Below, piece after piece: positions 27,201 to 39,476 of a DNA stretch of 64,000 bases. Numbering within the stretch: position 1 is the first letter of the stretch; each line of letters starts with the position of its first letter. Source of the stretch: Sphagnum compactum (Eukaryota); the NCBI GenBank assembly GCA_965153455.1, contig OZ234493.1, positions 30,184,213 through 30,248,212 of the forward strand, written 5' to 3'. Below the pieces are notes generated by a model that worked only from the letters and a program-made list of their open reading frames with translations, was not told where the DNA came from and made no database searches. The translations under genes were made by a program, and so were the position numbers.

Positions 27201-28614
27201 AAAAATAACTTACAAAGTTTGATGTTGTTGATGTTGAACCTTTATTTATTTATTTTGAGGTCCTACATGATGTTTAGAACCTTTTACTTCAAGTTTGGTT
27301 TTTTATGTATCCATTTAATAAAATTTCAACTATTTGATTCAAAATTCACCTTGTTTCTATGTTGAAATTTTTCCTTTAATGTATTTAGTTAGTTTTAGTT
27401 TTTTTTATGAATGTGGTGTGTTATATAACATCTCCAATGCAACCTTGTCAAATTCCCCCTAGTGTTGCTGATGAGTTTAGAGCTTTGTCATTTAGAATTG
27501 ATGATTCTACGTTACCCCATCACATGAACACAATATAACCATCAAACCATTTAACTATTTAATGAGGTAGTTTCATTAAAAATCATTACATCTACCATTC
27601 AATTTGCATTGCCACAACTTGAGTTAAAAGACCCATTTAAGGAGTCTCCCTCCAATTACAAAAACAAAATAATGAATGCATAGTTTGCACAACACGAGGG
27701 AGGTTGTGAAAAAAAAATGCAATGAACATGTAGTTTGAATAACTTGTGCAATTTGAAGGAGATTGGGTGACATAAAGGTAGCGAATGTCCAAGGAAGTTG
27801 CATAAATAGATGTTTGCACAACTTGAATCATAATTTGCAACTTGTAGCTTGGACAAAAGTTTATAGGGAGGTTTGTGCAAGGAGGTTGGTTAGAAGTTCT
27901 TATTGTCTTAAAGTTTTTTTTTTTTTTTTATCTTGCTTGCATTTGTGTGGCCCCTTGTAACAACTGACCTAATGACATTATAAGTGTGCCAAAAAAATGC
28001 ACATATTGTTGACAAAACCACATGAAAGGACATGCGGTGAAAAGAATATAAGGATAGTTGTTGTTAGAATGGGGTGAAAAATCTAGCGAGGTTGATGAAA
28101 ATTTGGTGAACCGATGATGGTAGGTGTTGTGATGGGGATCGCAACACCACTTATTTGTGATGGTTGTTATTGTAGGCACAAGTAGGGGCATGCAATGGAA
28201 ATTCTCTTAATTTGTTATTGGTGATTTAACTAGTTGGCTTGAACTTTGGAGTTTGTATTTTCAACATGTGTTGGGTTGTATGTTTACTAATTTTGTTTGT
28301 TTGCAATACTATTGTTTGTAATTTGAAACTTAGGGAGAAATGTTTAATGAAAGAACAATTTAATGAAGTTGGGTCAAAAAAATCATATACATAAATTGTA
28401 TTTTTTTCCTATTCATTTAAAAGATATTGCATATTGTTCCATCCTACATGCCCATCAATTTGGGGTTAAAAATATTTACAAGTCATTTTGACCCCATCAT
28501 TTTCTAGAAAGTTCACCAAGACTTTCTTGTAAATTTTGGGGCCTAATAAAACAAAATGACCTTTGGAAAGCCATGATGCTTGAACACATTTAAGAAAAAT
28601 ATTTTTCTTGTTTC

Positions 28615-28790
28615 TTAGGTTGTGGTATTGTCCACAATTGGAATGAAATGAACCATTTTGTTGAATCTATCCATAATCAAAATAATCTCATCCACCCTTC
28701 TGAAGGTGGAAAACTCACTGTGAACTCCATAAACACATTTTCCTAAGGCCCATCTACAGTTTTGGAAGTTGTCACAACAATCTTGTTTAT
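28615..28790 (-). mobile_element. Ty3/gypsy integrase fragment
   Basis: DEIILIMDRFNKMVHFIP matches the gypsy integrase D..(V)VVDRFSKMAHFIP motif. Confidence 0.6.
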
Positions 28791-29134
28791 TTTTTAAAAA
28801 ACTATTATGCTTTACTAATGTGTCAAACAAATTTTGCAACATTCGTTGGCTTCATACTTCAAGTTGGGTTGGTTCTCCCATGCACACATGACAACTTAAT
28901 TTGATGTTTTCAACTCAAACATTAGGGATAATGTTAACTTTTAAAGCTAATGCCAAACAAAGTGGCAAATCATGACCTAATATTTGACTCTTTATAATCC
29001 ATACAAGGTCATTGATAAAAATGAATCTAAAGTTAAAATTTATGATTTTATCTAAAAGCCTTAGTAAACAAACTTGTTGTAAGTGATGATTAATCATGAA
29101 AAAATTGTTTGAAATAATTTAATATAGAATTTTC

Positions 29135-29395
29135 CTTAAAGTCACTTTATCTTCACCTTATTTTTGCACCTCCTTTGGCCCATTATCCCCTGTTTGAGTA
29201 AGGTTTGCAAAGTAAGTAAATTTTATTAAGTTTGGGTGTGAAATGCTGAAATTCAACATTTAATGCACAAGGTTCAAGGTAATTATGGTAGCTGTATAGG
29301 GTGGAACAATGAAAATACATGCAATATAGTGGAGGCACTTAGGAAAAAAAAAAGAATGGGTCAAAACAAGATGAAACTTAATTTACTACAAAAAA
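29135..29395 (+). repeat. Dispersed repeat; related copy at ~43765-44051
   Basis: tgcaaagtaag.aaatttta.taa.t.tgggt.tgaaatgctga...gcacaagg is collinear in both copies. Confidence 0.65.
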
Positions 29396-32204
29396 TGGTG
29401 CATTTAAAAATTTGACCCCCATTGAAGGCTAATTAATTTTTTTGCAAATCTTTTTTGAATTTCATTTAGGTTTGAACCAAACTCATGGTTATAGTGTTGT
29501 GTTTTCCTGACTTTACAAAAAACTTTTATGTATAAAAATGATTTGGTTTTCATTATAAGTAGTATTTTATAAAGAAATTTGTTGATCAATGTATTTGACA
29601 CACCAACCAAACCAATAGAAGATCACCTTGATGTAGGTGTGAAATGTAAAAGATGTCAATCTTGTTGATATTAACTATCTGATTCAAAAACGAACATGGT
29701 TAAACTAAAACATTTTGTAACATTGTCAAAGGTGGGGGGTCCCATGACACCCATGGATATTTTATGTCTAAACCAAGGAAGGTGAAATAATTGAAAATTT
29801 GTATAGCTTGGTAAAAAAATGAAAATAAACTGTGATCCACATGTGTTCATTTCTCTTGTGATTGATTTGAAAAGTAAAAGGTAACAATAGATATTTGAAA
29901 TTGCATTTAGTTTAGTATAACTTTAATGGATGTAAGAATGGATTGCATGTAATGATCAAAATGAAATATCATCAAGTAGTTGGGCGTTTCAATGCTGGTG
30001 TTACTATCATAGTAATGATAACATTTACACTATGGGATTTGATTTTATTGAACAAGGTGCAAACTTGGTATAATTTTAAAGCTTGTGTTAATTTCATTAG
30101 GGTTGATCAAAACAACATGTAAATATAAATGGGCTCATAACAATAATTGTGTCTTGAATATCATGGCATTATACATTTGCAGATACTTTTAGGATTTGAA
30201 TTTTTGAGGAAAATGGGTGTTGTGTATTTGGAAAGATCTTTGGCAATCAATGAATGATGTTTAATACCAAATGGATGTAAGTTAAGATGACTCATTTTGG
30301 TGGATAAAACACTCCATAAAAATCCATTTGATGGTGTTTAAAATGGTAGTCTATTAATGTGGTATAATTAATTAAGTGGGAGATTAGACAATGGTTGATG
30401 AATTAATAAAATCTATGTGAACAAAATCTTAACTAGACTTTTTTTAACATAACATGTTAGGGAAAAGAAATCCATGAAAAAATGATTATAATATGCACTT
30501 TTGAAAATAAGGCCCATTTCAAATCCTTCAAAAGTCCATAAAAGTTTTTTGGTCAATTGTTTTTAGCAAAATGTATGTATTTATGTATTTTCTTTAATAT
30601 ATTCTACCCTAAGTCCTAACACAATGTTGTGAATAAAAGTGATAGACAAAATGCTCATATAAAAGTGCAGTTATGCAACTAATCCATAAAGTTGAATTTC
30701 AAAAGGTCATTAAATTATATTTGGTGGATTTTTTAATAATTTTTTGATTATATATGTTTTTATACTCAAGTTGATGGTTGTAACATATTGATCATTTTAT
30801 GGCATGTTAATGATGTGTTAATGCACTACACTTTGAAAACAAATTACATTATGATGCAAAAAGTGAATTACCCTAATTTGCAACCACACCATGATGAAGT
30901 ACCAGAAGAAAATTATGTGGTGGGGATGTCAATTGTTAAGGGGATGAGTGAAATGTGTAACAACATAATATAGTTCAAGCAAACATTGCAAATGGAAAGT
31001 TTTGGAAGCTTTTCAAGATATTAAATTTTGTTACTAACATTAAATATGGTTGAATATTGAAATTAAGTTGGAACCAAATTGTAATCATGGCTTATTGGAT
31101 ATTGCTACACTTGATCCTTTAGTACCTTAACTTTTCTTGGTTGGTTTTTTAATTCTTAAGACATATTTTCTTGGGAAACAAAAGGTAATTATTAGGTGTA
31201 AAGATAAAGCAAAGATGGCTAAAAACCAATTTTGCTTGATGATGACTCTTAATTGTGAGGAATTTTGTGTACTTTGGTGGATGTGATGGAAAATGAACAT
31301 GAATTTTGAAAAGAACTAGGCACACGAAATGTATATAGCATTTGAAGGCCACATTATTACTTTTTTAGAATTATTTAAAACTAATGAAGTGACTTGCAAA
31401 GGTGTAGTGATGAAAAGTGTAAGTTCAACTACTTATTTTGCTTTCAAGGAAGTTCATAAATTTTCACCTTAAAATACATTGTTGACAAAAATATTCACTA
31501 ATTGTTTGCAGAACTAATCATTCCACTACATTTTTGTAGATGAGGCTAGTCAAGAGGAACACAATAATGCACTTGTAAGGATAGTTACATTTGTTGTTTA
31601 TAATTGGTTTTATCCCTAACCTTGTGAGTTAGAAATGTTTTTATTGTGTTTAGCATTTGCCCTCTTATAAGGATAGGAGTCTAGATTAATTTGTTTGGTT
31701 CTTAATTTCAAAAAAAAACTTTTGGTCTAGTCTTGAAATCAACTTTTGGATTTTCACAATCTCTAATTCCGATCATTTTCACAGAGAAATTAAAGTTGGT
31801 TCAATTTAAGACAAGGTTTGGTTCCATTTCAATTAAACACATCAAACTAATTTTTTTGTGTAATGTTAGTTTTTTCAACAATGCACATGGTTCAAAATAG
31901 AAGTTATGTCATATTAATTATGTACAATCAATCAAACCTAATAACTTGCCTAAAATGTAGGGCCAATTTTTTTAAAATGAAACTGTATTTATAAACCTAA
32001 GGAATTTGAACTTGTTTATAATAAGGTAGCATCCTTAGTTCAAGTTCTAATCCAATTTTGAAAAGATGCCAATTCTTGAGTTAGGTTTCAATGGTGGTTC
32101 TAAGAAAACTTGGAACCTTCAATATGGAGACCTTAAAACTTGATTTTATATAACTTGACCTTAACTTGCTTAAATATAAACACTTGCCAACATTGGTTTA
32201 GATT

Positions 32205-32620
32205 AGTGTGGGGTGGGCATTTGATTTTTGTAATACTTGTTGGTTTTTTGGGTATTTGAATTTTTTTAGAATCCCAAGAACCATCAATTTGGGTGTTTGA
32301 AAAATTTCAAAATAAAAAACTCTTGGTTTGAAGTATTTGGAAAAAAATTAATTAAAAAAACCACTAGTTTTGTGTATTTCAAAAACTTCAAAGAACCATT
32401 GGGTTTCATGAAAGAACCAACAAAGACCAGATGTTTTTTAGGCGCTAATTTGATTTTTTTTAAAAAATTGAGAACTATAGTTATATATAACACTCTAGTA
32501 TTTGATTTTTTGATAATTGCAATTATATATCATAAAGTGTGTATTTGACTTTTTGATAACCATGGTTACTAATTTTGATACCTACTGAAGGTTTGGTGCA
32601 ATTTCTAAGACTTGCCCCAA
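32205..32620 (+). repeat. Dispersed repeat; related copy at ~43350-43660
   Basis: gggtttcatgaaagaacc.acaaagacc and ttgagaac are shared. Confidence 0.6.
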
Positions 32621-32631
32621 TTTGGTTTAAA

Positions 32632-35600
32632 ACAATGTTGGGCATATATCAATTTTTTGGGATATCCGTTGGATAAGGATACCATAGTACCGTGGCCAAT
32701 TCAATAGTCAACTATCGAATATCTTAAAAAAAAATCAATTCGACATTTTTAAAAAAATCATATTTTTTTCAAAAATATTAAATATCTTTTGATATTTTGA
32801 CAAAGATGAAGATCATCAAAGATTAATCAAGTTTCTTGATTTTTTTTGTTACATGATTTAGGGTTTTTTGTACTTGTTTAGTTACAATTTTTTCTATTTA
32901 GGGTTTTTGGTACCTTTTCTGTTACAAATTTCTTGGTGTAGGGTTTTTAACATATGCCATTGATAGGTAAAGGGAATTTTGGGCTAAAAGGGAAGTATTA
33001 ATGCAAATTGTTGAAGTTTAAAGAAAGTCATGGTAAGGATATGGAGTGAAAGTCCAAGGTGCTAGCATGGCATAAAATAATGGGTTGTGGCTATTATAAG
33101 CCAATGATGTAAGTTGATAGACAAGAAGTTGACAGCCAACCTGACCAGTTGGCTAACCAGAACAAATCAACTAACCTAACACTCTAGCCAAACCGGGTAT
33201 TTAGGGCTTCCGGGTTGTTTTGCTACGGATCAAATAATGGTTAAACTAGTGAAACGGTCAGGTAATTCAATTAGTAAAAACTGCTAGGAAGGACTTGTAT
33301 AAAATGCAAAAATTTTAGTAGTTCAAGGTTTGCCATTTTGAGAAGTAGGTGTTCCAACAATGTAAGAAACATAATAAATGGGGATTTCATAGGGATTGTG
33401 TGTATGTGTGTTGGTATGTGTCTGTTGTTGTGTATACTTGTGTAAGTAATTTAGTTTGAAGTAGCAAAAGTTGTAAGGGCTACTTGGTACACAAAATGGA
33501 GGACATCATGAAATAATGAAATGTCCACACAAAAAAACAAGGTAATAAGGTAGCATGCCAAGAAATCCCAGACCATTAGGTTTGTGGTAAGTTCTAATGG
33601 ATAGCACAAGCAAAAACCTAGTAGCTTAAAAGAAAAGAAAATAACGGTAAAACTTAAATAAGCTAACAACCATAGGGTGCAATATTGATGCACTTATAAT
33701 CATTTTGGAGTTTCTTTATAACTATGTTGGAGCAATTTGCAATGCAAAGGCAGTTTTCATTGAATAATTATTATCATATTATGTTTAGGAATATGGAAAT
33801 GCTTATATAGAAATGGGAAGTGAACACGAAAAGAACTTGGAGCACTCTTGCTACCTATTTTTGCATAATAGTTTGCATTGAAGGGCTAAGGGTATAATGA
33901 TGCATGTGAGTGAAAAAAGATGGAGCAATTCTGTTAACCTGCTTTTATAAAACATACATTTGTAAAAACTTCTTATATTTAAGAATGGAAAAAATGAAAA
34001 GAGATTGAATGAAAAAAGCTTATTGTTAGTTTAGTGTCTAGATGGGTACTCAAAAAAAACATCAAAATACATTAATAGGGTTATTTAAACCTATCACAAA
34101 AAGTGAACACCAAAGCAATTTAGAGCATGAACTTGATTTGTTGGAAAAGGTAGCACAAAATAAATATACCCAATGTGTAGTGCAAAAACATTCAGTTGGT
34201 CGATCGAAGAAATTCAAAACAACTATGGAAGCATATTAAGAAATCAAACAGGAGTTAGATGAAGAACAAACAAGAGTTAATAAATCACATGTGCACAAGC
34301 ATGGAACATATGTCAACTAATTTTAGCAAGACTTATGGCCACCCATCGTAATAGCAATCAGGAAATACTATGGTAATAAAAATCATGCTTTACATTTCTT
34401 GAAAATTACTTACAGAAAACTAGGATGTCCTAGTCCATATGAAAAACTTGGAAGAACAACCTTTATGATTGGTTTACAGATAAAGGAGAAGTTAAAGCCA
34501 AGTATGCCCTTGTAGTTGAACTAGGCACAATAGTTGAAACCATGAAGCATAATTTACCAATACTTGAAAATCACCTTGTTCTAAAAGATTCTATGGTAGC
34601 CATCTTGCACAAAATGAAAGAAGCACGTCAACCTTTAGCAACCTCCATAGTCCACCCCATACTTAACGGAATGATTGAATCTTTGGCCTTTTGATGTGTT
34701 TTTTGACAACAAACATAGTGGATTTAAAGTTACTTGAGAATGGACCCATTAATTTATGAAGCATTACATGAATTGGACCTTTAGGGTTATATATAACTAA
34801 AGCAATTAACAAGCTTCCATTAGATTGGTAAGAACAAGGTAGGTTCATGGCTTATCGTGTTGCTTACCTCACAAAGACCTATGACATTCCACCTTCACTT
34901 GTTGCCAATATTGATAAGACCGGTATACATATAGTACCTACAACAGGAGAGCGCACATGGGAAAATAAAGGTTTAAAACATAAAGGACAAAAAGCAAGTG
35001 AGTATGGTAGTATTTTCATTTGTAGTAGGAGTGTTATTGTCATTGCAAGTCATATTTACAGGCACAACACCATGAACATTGCCACCGAATAATAATCAAA
35101 GGAATGTGTGTAGCGAATGGGTGGGATCTCACCTATAGTCAGAATCACTAGTCAAACTTTGAAATGACAAAATATTTTGTGGAGAATGTCATGGTGCCTT
35201 ATCATAAAGCTCAAATGAACTACTTGGACTGCAAACACATCACATAATGGTTTGGATGTTAGATTGCTAGAGTGTACACAATTGTCAAGATTTTTTGGAC
35301 TGGATAAAACAAAAACATCTTGGTAGTTTTTGTATTTGCAAACTATGCCAATGCTTTAAGCTAGCTGATGCCATACTGCAGCGCCCACTCAAACATGCAT
35401 TTAAGATGGAGTTCAACAATTGGACAATAGGGACCATCAAGGAACAAACAGAAAATGGCAAAAATCCAAACGTTGACTTCAAAATGAATAAATTGAAACC
35501 ATGCATATGTGAATGTATACATAACGCATGGAAGGAGTTGAAGAACAAGGAAACATTGATCTTGAAAGGGTGGGGGAAAACAATGCTTACAAAAGCTTGG

Positions 35601-38318
35601 AACAATGAATTTCAACTTGTTGCCATGGAGGCAAACATAGCTATTTTTTTGTTTATAGCTATGCTTGACATTGAAGAAGACATGGACATTGATGAGCCCT
35701 GCACCGATCCAATAGAAACAACATTGCTTGTCATGGAGTGTTGTTTAAATGAAGAATCCACGCCAACATCAATTCCAACATTTTTGCCTTCTTCAAGTGT
35801 AGGAGTTGGAGGATTGAAGTTACAACCACTAGCTAGAAAACAAAAGTCATAAGCATTCGGGGTTTAAGGTTTTGAAACAATTTCAATTTTATTTTCTTTG
35901 GTAGCTAGTTAGCTTCAATCACCCTAAATTGCATGTCTATATTTGTGTTCACTGCATTCACAAGCCCCAATCTTTTGAGTAATTTATCATTTTTTAAGTT
36001 TTATAAAAAAACTTATCACTCACATCCTTTCTCATCTTCTCCATTCCAAGCATTAGTGCAACTCATTATAGATTCACAATGTAATGGAAAAAAACCAACA
36101 TGATTAATTTATGATCCCGTTTGTTGATTAAGTTTTGATCCCATTTGTTGTTACTTTTTACATGGGTTTGAGCAAAGGTTGTAAACATTGCAGAATCATG
36201 ATAGGCTTCATCAACAATCTACTCATAAGGAACTATTAGTTGTTGAATTGATGGCTTGCTTGTTGTCCTACCTGCATCAACTTCATCATCACTTCATAAA
36301 ATTTCACAATAAATTTCAACAACAATATACTAATTGCAAAGTCAAAGGGAAAAAACAAAAAATCAAACAAAAAACTAATCAAAATATAGAGTGCAACTTA
36401 GAGAGCCATTGGTGCATGAATTGCTAGGTAACAAAACTATAAACATAAACAAGAAATACAAAGAGGAAATAGAGGATGTAAGAGTTTCACACCAAATGTA
36501 GATTCTAAATATGTGATTTCAATTTTTTTGCAAAGACCCAGAAACTCCAAAGCATGGACCAAAGAATAGAAGCCTTTAATAAATTACAACCAAATGGAAG
36601 AAGAGTGGAAAGGATTTGTTAACATGATGAGTTGAGGATGTTGCCAATGGAATTGCTTGTTCAGATTGTAGTAATTGAGTGGTAGGCAGGCCAATTATTG
36701 TTAATGACCTTTGAGGTTGCAGGGGTGGAATAGGTGGTGTTGAAGTAGGAGAAAGGGTTGGTGGGCTGTTCACCAATGGTTGTTGTAGCAATGTTTTGCT
36801 TTGCTTGGTTGACATAACAACAGTTTGAGGCTGTTGTTGCTATAATATCTAAGTTTTTTGAAGTCCAACACACTAACATCAATACCTTGCCCTCAAATAT
36901 GTCACCATAAGAAGTCAAATTGCCATTGGTGATATGAAATGGTAAACCAAAATGTGACTCGATGAGACAATTCTCTAGCAAGTCCAACAATTGTAATCCA
37001 CCTACCATCCATGTCAACTTGGCGCAAAATGGAAGCCCTGAAATACGGCTACATATTTACCATTTCAATAAAAAATGAGAACCTCTTGAAGACTTGATGT
37101 ATGAACTAGTGGTTGCTTTGCAGTTAGGCCTAGAAATGGAGGACTTTGACGTGTAGCACTGAACAAAGGAGCAACAAACTAGCCTTGCTGATTTTGCTGA
37201 TACCTTTGTAGAAACTTCTCTTTTTAATTTGGTGTGATCTCATTGTGTGTATGGGGTGACCCCTAATTCATTCCATTCTAACATCCTGTGTTAGTGATTC
37301 ACATGTAAGGAAAGGAAAAGAACAACAAATCTATGACCTCCCCACAGTAAACAAGCCATTAGCAAGCTATCATTATGTAGTAGAAAAAGTCACTATGGTA
37401 TTGAATGTCAATTCCACAAAACTATCAAAGCTTGGTTTGAGCCATGAGGCATCATGGTCATTGTGAGCGCTTTTTACCATATATGCCAATGACCTTCCTT
37501 ACCAACTCTGATGATGCCTGAATTGAACTGGCAAAATGTGACCTCCATTGCCTGCTAGAAATAGTAAATGGACTAATGATATTGCTACCCATCCCAGTGC
37601 TACCGGTCTCATTCAAAGTCGTAGATGCTTGACCAACAAATCCATTTTGAACATTTAAAGAAGCTGCCAATTGCTACGAGTGCCATGCAAATGCTGGTCT
37701 CTCATCCCCACTCACTATTGTCGTCATTTTGTTTAGATCAAGTCCGAGAGAGATGAGATCTAGTTTGGAAGCACTTAGTGTGGGAAGACTAAGGAGTGGG
37801 GATGGTGATTGTTCAGAAGCAACAACTGCTCTGCACATCTTACAATCAACCATAGGCTTTTTTCTTACACTAGCTCCAATCCTGCCACCCACCAAAGCAA
37901 CTCCTTCCTCCTGTTTTGCCCGGCCAAGCAAGGGGATGAACACATGTTCTAGAGTTGTTCTTATAACAAGAGATTTCACTCTCAAGGGCTTTGCTATGGT
38001 TGCACCCACAACACTTCCCAAAATTGCTGATCCACTCCATCCACATGACAAACCCAGAGTCATAGCTAGGGTTCCCAAAACTTTCAACAAGTGATGGTTA
38101 GGGTTTCCAAAACTTTCGACACAATCATGTAGTAATTATCAAAAAATTCGAAAAAATCATAAATAATATAATTAGTGTTGAACTAGCCAAGGTACTATGG
38201 TATCCGCCTTTTTTTTTTTTTGTTAAATAAAGATATTACATTTTGATTTTTTAAAAAACTTAGATATCCTAGCTGGATATCAAATTTTCACATTTTTCAA
38301 TTTGACCCAGATATTAGT
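32632..38318. mobile_element. Composite ~5.7 kb region bounded by inverted repeats (putative TIR element)
   Basis: ggataccatagtaccgtggccaattcaata (32677-32706) is the reverse complement of tgttgaactagccaaggtactatggtatcc (38176-38205), with 4 mismatches in 30 bp. Weaker outer matches lie at ~32632-32675 and ~38262-38318. Confidence 0.45.
34040..35852 (+). pseudogene. Degenerate pogo/Tc5-like (DDE_1) transposase
   Basis: Fragments AYLTKTYDIPPSLVANIDKTGIHIVPTTGERTWENKG (NxDETG-like first Asp), a degenerate 'W.LDC.SVH' second-Asp region at ~35250-35280, and KLADAILQRPLKHAFK (QPxD...PxK-like third Asp). Many stops and frameshifts. Confidence 0.7.
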
Positions 38319-39476
38319 GATCTCAAATATCAACTATTTAAATATTAGCAGATTTGGAAATCAAAATCCAAAAAGTTTGCTTGCCAATTATGCTAGGCAC
38401 TAGTTTTTTTTTGGGGGGCGAAAAATCTTCAAAAGGCAACATCTTTTTTTTAAATGGAATATTTTGTCGCAAATATATATTTTTTCTAAAAAGCATTCAC
38501 AAAAAAATAAAAAATCATAAATAAATTTTAAAGAAAATATAGCCATAATAATAACTACTACCAACTACAACTTTGAAGAGACCTTGGAAAATGTGTTCTC
38601 AGAACAGTCTAAAATTGGCTTAAGGTTTCTCGACACCTTAATTGCATTAGGAAAATGAAGAAAAACATATATAGGTGTGAGCCTACAAACCTAACCTAAT
38701 TAATAACCTAACCTACTTACTAGCTACTAACCCTAATATCTAGCCAAAATGTACAAAACAAACAACTTGCTATGTTCCTTAATAGATAGATTTGAATGTC
38801 TATCAAGTACTGAAAGTTAAGTATGTATGATACTATCTCATGATATTTTGTGTCTTCTTCCTCTGGGAAATGCGCTTTCCTTGTGCTAGTTGCAAATGCA
38901 CACAATGCCAGAAATTGCACTCTTGGAACTGGGTTTGGTAGAGATGGTCGGAGGAGCAATATGGCAACCACACATAGGCTTCCAAAAAAGTCACACCTAG
39001 TAGCAACATGATCTCCTAATGGGTGTGTATCCATCCCACTATGACAGTTTATTTACCATGATGTTGCCAAAATGTTGGCAACTGATGTACAGCTCCCTGG
39101 GCTACTGTAAGCACAAGCGTGTGAATTATTCAAGTTAAGAGATGCTCTCTTCTCAATTGCAATTTTCTATCTAGCAGGGATGTCCATCCACTGTGTATGT
39201 GTGTGATGATCCTTAATCTCAGAGCATCTCCAGCATATCTCATCAACTTGTTGTAAATTACCTACTGTTTCATGGGGACCAGAAGCCATAAGCCTATGAG
39301 ATCACCCATATCCTTCACATGTCCCTCCCTAAACTATAATACATCTCTGTTGGTTTTCTTCTAATTCCCTATCCTCAAGTATGTGTAGATCTGTTGGTGC
39401 TGTTTTAATTTGCTACCCTCAATTTTGTACATATCTCTTGGTTGCTGATTGACTTACAGTTGTTATGTTGTCGGTA

